Source: an uncultured virus (IMG/VR IMGVR_UViG_3300032288_003839) (taxonomy: Duplodnaviria; Heunggongvirae; Uroviricota; Caudoviricetes). Taken from it: a DNA stretch of 64,000 nt. The first letter of the stretch is position 1, and each line of letters begins with the position of its first letter. A program made the position numbers and the translations under genes. The notes beneath the pieces are model-generated. The model searched no databases and was not told the origin of the DNA. It was given only the letters and a program-made list of their open reading frames with translations. The DNA lies in the IMG/VR virus record IMGVR_UViG_3300032288_003839; one strand, given 5' to 3'. Shown piece by piece: positions 58,990 through 64,000 of this stretch.

Positions 58990-60621
58990 ATGATAATTAA
59001 GAAATTTAACGATTGGTCGCCTATTAATGAAGAGGCATCTCCTAGACTCCCAGTTAGTGAAGAGTTCTGGACTAGAAAAGGTAAGAGTGGTAAGAAAGTT
59101 GCTCTATATACTCATGATGATATGGATGGAATATTCTGTGCTATCGAGATGAAAAAGTGGTTACTTAACAAAGGATTCACAATTGAAAAATATGGCATTC
59201 TTAATTACTCAGAAGGTTGGAAATATACAACTTTAGATCCTACTTTAATTAATATAGTATTAGACTTTGCAAATATGCCAGGAGATGAAAGAGATGAGTT
59301 AGTTGATTACTACTTAGACCATCATGGTTTATTTACAGCAGATGAATTAGAAAAATATAAAAGTTCTCCAGTTCAAAAGAAAAAAACAAACTCAGCTTAT
59401 GAAGCAGTTTGTCAAGCTTTAGGAGTACCACAAGATGAATTAACTTTATCAGTAATTGATATGATTGACTCAGCTAAATATCAAGATTATGGAGTTAGTT
59501 GGCAAAGACTACTTGACTTTAATCTATCAGATATTAAAAAGTCAGATAAAACAAGATTAGAATTTGCAGCAGCATTCAATCAATTCTTGAAAAGAGGAGA
59601 TACAAAAACTTTAATATCTGTTATACATAACTGTAAAGACGCTTCTATCTACTCAATATTTAATACAATGAAACAAGTTTATGGCGAACATAATGTTCAT
59701 ACCGGATATAGAAAAGGTCAACCTAAAGATTTTGAAGAAGATTCAAGATGGAGATTGGCTACAATGCAACAAAGAACAAGAGGAAGAGGAACTAAGAAGA
59801 TTTATAACACTCAAGAAGAATTTCTTAAAGATTTTCAATTTGGAGGATTAATTAGATTAGATGGTTATGTTTTAATTGGTGAATTAGCTTTCATACCAAC
59901 TGGAACTTGGGCGAATGCTTTAAGAGCAAGAACAATTATTGAAAAAGATTTCAATGATGGTTTAATATCTAAAGAACCTAAATTTATTCTATTACAATAC
60001 GGTGGGACTTTACAAGTATGTGCTTATAAAAAGATATCTGAAACGGAAGCACTTCCTACTTTAAAAGGAGGAGCTGTTGTGGATGACTTAGGTAAGTATA
60101 TGACTGGTCTATTAGATAATTTCAAATTACATTTAGGTTATTATGATCCAGATACATCAATTGGTCAAGATGAAATAACAGTTTCAGGTGGACATGGTGG
60201 TATTGGTTCTATTTCTAATGTTTTTGGAACTTGTGATATTGACCCTTATAAGGGAGCTAGATTTATAGACCTTTTCAAAAATAAGATTATTTCAGATTTA
60301 TCAGGTGTTAAAATAAACATGAGTGTAAAATGGAGTGAACCATCAGAAGGAAAACAAACAGAACCAGCAGTTGATAATAAAGTTATACCTACTGAAAATG
60401 TTACTAAATTAGATAAATATGGTAAGGTTATTAAAACAGATGAAACATATGAATATCAACTAGTTGGTAAAGATGGTAAGGCAAATACAGTATCTAAAGA
60501 AGATTTTGTAAAAGCTGGATCATCCAAAGCAATGAAAACTGATAGAAAAAGTTTGATGACTATTGATCACAATAATAAAAAAGTGATTGCTAAGTTTGAA
60601 GGATTTAAGTATAAAGATTAA
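58990..60621 (+). CDS. DHH-family phosphoesterase-like protein
   Basis: YTHDDMDG; VLDF; YLDHH; SGGH. Confidence 0.7.
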   Translation: MIIKKFNDWSPINEEASPRLPVSEEFWTRKGKSGKKVALYTHDDMDGIFCAIEMKKWLLNKGFTIEKYGILNYSEGWKYTTLDPTLINIVLDFANMPGDERDELVDYYLDHHGLFTADELEKYKSSPVQKKKTNSAYEAVCQALGVPQDELTLSVIDMIDSAKYQDYGVSWQRLLDFNLSDIKKSDKTRLEFAAAFNQFLKRGDTKTLISVIHNCKDASIYSIFNTMKQVYGEHNVHTGYRKGQPKDFEEDSRWRLATMQQRTRGRGTKKIYNTQEEFLKDFQFGGLIRLDGYVLIGELAFIPTGTWANALRARTIIEKDFNDGLISKEPKFILLQYGGTLQVCAYKKISETEALPTLKGGAVVDDLGKYMTGLLDNFKLHLGYYDPDTSIGQDEITVSGGHGGIGSISNVFGTCDIDPYKGARFIDLFKNKIISDLSGVKINMSVKWSEPSEGKQTEPAVDNKVIPTENVTKLDKYGKVIKTDETYEYQLVGKDGKANTVSKEDFVKAGSSKAMKTDRKSLMTIDHNNKKVIAKFEGFKYKD

Positions 60622-61006
60622 TAATTGTTATATCAACTTTGGTTTCTGGAATTACTCTCCCTTCTAATATAGAATCTATTTTTAGATCTCTAGCTATTTG
60701 TTTATTATAATAAACTGATATTTGATCAGGAGACATGTTCATGTCTAAATAACATTCATATCCAAAGATAGTTCCAACATTCCATAAACCATCAGGATCA
60801 GACTCTTTTATTTTTCTACTTAAAAATGATGGATGATGTTCAAGTATATTATAAACACCCATTGGGATAATCATATAGTTGTATTTAATCTCACAAGAGT
60901 AACTTAGTTTATTTATATCTCTCATTATATAACCAGCTTTCATTCTATCTAAATCATATAAACTATCTACCTGACCTAGTGGTATTTTACTTAAATCAAT
61001 TACCAT
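60605..61006 (-). CDS. Hypothetical protein
   Basis: ARDLKIDSILE near the C-terminus. Confidence 0.55.
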   Translation of the reverse strand: MVIDLSKIPLGQVDSLYDLDRMKAGYIMRDINKLSYSCEIKYNYMIIPMGVYNILEHHPSFLSRKIKESDPDGLWNVGTIFGYECYLDMNMSPDQISVYYNKQIARDLKIDSILEGRVIPETKVDITIINLYT

Positions 61007-61694
61007 CTAATATCTGATTAATTTTATCTTCTCTTATTTTTGAAACATTCTTTATAATAATTTTATATGAGTTGTAATTACAATCATATAATTTGTAATC
61101 TAAAGTATGTAACCACTCAATTTCATTATATGGTTTATTACCATTAATCTCATTCTGTGGATCTATTCTATATTCCATATTTTGAATTGAATAAACAAGA
61201 CTTTGAAATGACTTATCAGTTACATATAAAATACATTCACCATCTTCCTCTTCTATTAAAGGAGAATAGAATACATCTAAATTTAATCCTACAAATCTTT
61301 CTATATTATAGAAGTATCCGGGGAATGCTCTATTTACTTCTGGTTTCTTAGTAATTCCAAATAGTTTAGATCCTTTCTTAGATGCAAAAATGTAAAGAGG
61401 TTTAATACCCATATCAGTTATTTTATCTAAAATATTTCCACCAAAAACTGTGCTTTTTGATATAGATTCTTCAGGTATTATAATTTCCTTAGATTTAGAA
61501 ATCATACTTTTAATACTTTGATTGTATATCTTAATGACAGTAGTAATAATGAAAGTAGGTGATGTGAGAGGTGTTGTTTTTATTTCTGAGTAAGATTCAT
61601 CAATTGATGAAATAGCATCTCCATCATATAAATATGGAATACCCATTAGATTTTGCTCTAATGTTTTTTTATATTCATTAAAAGATTCCCTCAC
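60996..61694 (-). CDS. Hypothetical protein
   Basis: GTG start; C-terminal IREDKINQILDGN. Confidence 0.6.
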   Translation of the reverse strand: MRESFNEYKKTLEQNLMGIPYLYDGDAISSIDESYSEIKTTPLTSPTFIITTVIKIYNQSIKSMISKSKEIIIPEESISKSTVFGGNILDKITDMGIKPLYIFASKKGSKLFGITKKPEVNRAFPGYFYNIERFVGLNLDVFYSPLIEEEDGECILYVTDKSFQSLVYSIQNMEYRIDPQNEINGNKPYNEIEWLHTLDYKLYDCNYNSYKIIIKNVSKIREDKINQILDGN

Positions 61695-61737
61695 ATATAT
61701 TATTAATATTAATCATAAAAAGTTTAATATATAGAAT

Positions 61738-62331
61738 ATGAAATACATTAAAATATTTGAAGACTTTAATCCAGGCCTAATCAATACGGTTGAAGAACTA
61801 ACAAGTAAACTTAAAGAATACTCAGTTCCTGTTGAAGAATGGGGAACAGGTGAGGCAAAAACGGTTGAGCATCTTTTAGATGAGATAAAAAATGAAGAAT
61901 GTAATGTAGATGATAAAGGTGGTTTCTTGATTAGAAGTATAGAATTTGTCGGAGTTAGAATATATCATAAAGATAAAGATAATGTAACCTGGGTCTTAAA
62001 AGAAGATAAACAAGAGTTTAAGGATGGTAGAGTTAGAAGAAGAGATATGCCTTCATCTGTTTCTGAAAAAATGAAATTTGGAGAGGATCCTCTAATTTCA
62101 GCTATAAGAGGAATAAAAGAAGAATTAGGTGTTAATGTAGAAGGACATCAATTAATAAAAATGAGAGACTTATTCTATAATGGTGGTTCTCAATCTTACC
62201 CTGGTTTAAGAACAAGATATAAAGGACATCAATTTACTTGTTTCCTAAATGATGACCAATTTGATGCAAATGGTTATATAGAAGTTCAAAAAGATAAGAG
62301 CACATTCTTTAAATGGTTTAAGAAAGATTAA
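61738..62331 (+). CDS. Nudix-like protein
   Basis: SEKMKFGEDPLISAIRGIKEELG is a degenerate Nudix box; start MKYIKIFEDF. Confidence 0.6.
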   Translation: MKYIKIFEDFNPGLINTVEELTSKLKEYSVPVEEWGTGEAKTVEHLLDEIKNEECNVDDKGGFLIRSIEFVGVRIYHKDKDNVTWVLKEDKQEFKDGRVRRRDMPSSVSEKMKFGEDPLISAIRGIKEELGVNVEGHQLIKMRDLFYNGGSQSYPGLRTRYKGHQFTCFLNDDQFDANGYIEVQKDKSTFFKWFKKD

Positions 62332-62376
62332 AACTTTTAACTTTATAGTCATATAAATTAAAAATATAAATTAATC

Positions 62377-62799
62377 ATGATTATAAAAGGAAGTACCGTG
62401 GATGTACATTACATTGGTAAATTAACAACAGGAGAGGTTTTTGATTCCTCGGAAGGTAGAGAACCTTTGAAATTTCAAGTAGGTTCAGGTCAAATAATTC
62501 CTGGATTTGAAGAAGCGGTACTTGGTAAACAACCAGGTGATAAAGTAACAATAAACATTCAACCAGAAAATGCTTATGGTCCAGTTAGAGAAGATCTTTT
62601 TGTTAAAGTACCAATGGATAAAATGCCAGGTGAAGTTCAAGTAGGTCAATCATTACAAGCAGTTGGTGATGATAATAGACCAGTACAAGTTGTTGTAAAA
62701 GAAGTTAATGAAGACCATGTTGTAATTGATGGTAACCATCCGTTAGCTGGTAAAGAATTAGTATTTGATATTGAAGTTGTTGATGTTCAATTCGCGTAA
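62377..62799 (+). CDS. FKBP-type peptidyl-prolyl isomerase (SlyD/SlpA-like, no His tail)
   Basis: VHY.GKL..GEVFDSS..REPL.F.VG.GQIIPGFE; IDGNHPLAGKEL.F. Confidence 0.93.
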   Translation: MIIKGSTVDVHYIGKLTTGEVFDSSEGREPLKFQVGSGQIIPGFEEAVLGKQPGDKVTINIQPENAYGPVREDLFVKVPMDKMPGEVQVGQSLQAVGDDNRPVQVVVKEVNEDHVVIDGNHPLAGKELVFDIEVVDVQFA

Positions 62800-62821
62800 T
62801 TTTTTCATAGAATTAAAAATT

Positions 62822-62852
62822 AAACCCATTAGATTAGTCTGATGGGTTTTTT
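62822..62852 (+). terminator. Intrinsic terminator
   Basis: aaacccattaga-ttag-tctgatgggttt followed by a T-run. Confidence 0.75.
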
Positions 62853-62866
62853 ATTATATATAACTT

Positions 62867-63403
62867 ATGTCAAGAAAATCATCAATTAAAAAAATCAAGA
62901 GAAATAACTCTCAATCTAAAAATATAGAAGCTGCTCTTTCTATGCATCTCTATGAAAAACAACACTCACCAATAACAACAAGATTCACAGGATATGGATT
63001 ATCAGAATGTGATGTTATCTCAATTAGTAAATCAGATTATATCTATGAATATGAAATTAAAATATCAAGATCTGATTTCAAGGCAGATTTCAATAAAGAG
63101 AAACACAAACTAATGTTGGAAAGAAAATGCACTAAAGAAAGAATGATTAAAGAAAATAATCAAATGATTAAAGATACTTTATATCTAACTTCAAATTACT
63201 TTCACTTTGTAACACCAACAGGATTAGTTAGTATAGATGAGATACCAGAGTATGCTGGACTAGTTTATATGGATGAAAATTTGAACTTTGAAGTAATAAA
63301 AAAAGCCCCTCTTTTACATAAAGAGAAGGCTAGTTATAATTTCATTAGACAGTTATCACATAATCTAACTTGTAAATTGGTATTCAATAAAGTTAGTACT
63401 TAA
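62867..63403 (+). CDS. PD-(D/E)xK nuclease-like protein (MmcB-like)
   Basis: ECDVISI...YEYEIKISRSDF.AD; FHFVTP.GL...EIP.YAGL. Confidence 0.7.
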   Translation: MSRKSSIKKIKRNNSQSKNIEAALSMHLYEKQHSPITTRFTGYGLSECDVISISKSDYIYEYEIKISRSDFKADFNKEKHKLMLERKCTKERMIKENNQMIKDTLYLTSNYFHFVTPTGLVSIDEIPEYAGLVYMDENLNFEVIKKAPLLHKEKASYNFIRQLSHNLTCKLVFNKVST

Positions 63404-63690
63404 GATTCTAGGTTATTATTAAATATAATATCAGAACATTGAAATTCATTTTTTAATAATTCAACAGTTTCGGTATTATTTTTTAAAGTATTATATTCTT
63501 TATTCATAGAAGGTAAGTGAATATTATCGTCACATCTACAACCATTTACATATCTATCAACTATATACATAAACATATTAATATTTGGTTTTGGTTGGTA
63601 AAATTCTTCTTTATTTTTAAGTAAAGTCCATAGATGTACTGGTGAGTTAATCATCATTGTTCTGGATATTTGTGCTTTATTAATAGACAT
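63400..63690 (-). CDS. Hypothetical protein
   Basis: 96 aa ORF overlapping the upstream partial gene. Confidence 0.5.
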   Translation of the reverse strand: MSINKAQISRTMMINSPVHLWTLLKNKEEFYQPKPNINMFMYIVDRYVNGCRCDDNIHLPSMNKEYNTLKNNTETVELLKNEFQCSDIIFNNNLES

Positions 63691-64000
63691 ATTTATTTAA
63701 TATTTTATATGATATGTATGATAGAAGGTAAACTGTGGCAAAATTGACTAAACTATTAAATAATAATACATCAATTAAAACAACCCAAAAACAAAAACAA
63801 GGCTTACAAGTAAATAGTTCTACTATAAAACTAGGATGTTTTATTCTTAGAAAATTTAAATAGTCAGCCTTAGGGTTTTCTACCTTATAATCATCAAAAT
63901 CATTTATTCTGAATATCTTTAATTTAAGAAGTTTACAGTAACTTATAAAAGCATCTGTGTTAAACCATAAAAATAAAATTAGATTTATCCAAAAAATTTG
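63680..64000 (-). CDS. Partial membrane protein with CxxCxxFW motif (DUF1360-like)
   Basis: Manual translation is open from the window end: ...ELFTCKPCFCFWVVL...KYVY*. Confidence 0.55.
   Translation of the reverse strand, partial: QIFWINLILFLWFNTDAFISYCKLLKLKIFRINDFDDYKVENPKADYLNFLRIKHPSFIVELFTCKPCFCFWVVLIDVLLFNSLVNFATVYLLSYISYKILNKYVY

Noticed and set aside
11174..61351. Numerous short ORFs antisense to or nested in long genes (e.g. 25329..25781, 41609..42115, 19912..20247, 33090..33416, 30005..30331)
   Set aside because: They fully overlap well-supported genes, have atypical composition, and lack promoter motifs.
1..64000. tRNA, rRNA, reverse transcriptase/DGR, integrase or IS elements
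   Set aside because: None were recognisable by eye and intergenic gaps are short. A tRNAscan/Infernal run would be needed to exclude small RNAs formally.

Overview
This AT-rich, gene-dense 64 kb segment looks like part of a large T4-like (myovirus-type, probably jumbo) phage. The host is most likely Bacteroidota, judging from TAnnTTTG promoters, a lipoprotein with D-S/T glycosylation motifs and DUF6576-like motifs. Positions 1-10.3 kb hold a minus-strand block of virion/fibre proteins, two with long Gly-Ser/Thr-Ser repeats. Positions 10-45 kb mix accessory and replication genes: nucleotidyltransferase, GH19 endolysin, Nudix, HIT, WYL-like, PPK2, an NAD salvage pair (NadM-Nudix and NadV), PLP aminotransferase, putative sliding clamp, IF3, GIY-YIG endonuclease, the C-terminal half of a split family B DNA polymerase, HNH, primase, ClpP and two DNA methylases. 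Positions 45-57 kb carry UvsW and baseplate genes with several peptidoglycan-hydrolase domains, and 57-64 kb carry amidoligase-like, DHH, Nudix-like, FKBP and PD-(D/E)xK genes. The top finding is that the polymerase reading frame is broken inside conserved motif B by a structured 40-nt non-coding insert (32820-32859), next to a free-standing homing endonuclease. This is a candidate new programmed translational-bypass cassette, analogous to T4 gene 60/mobA. Other patterns include near-leaderless promoters of two classes, a shared N-terminal capsid-targeting-like motif, and a shared R(D/E)xKIxxI(L/F) motif, mostly C-terminal. All functional calls come from motif recognition by eye, without database searches.
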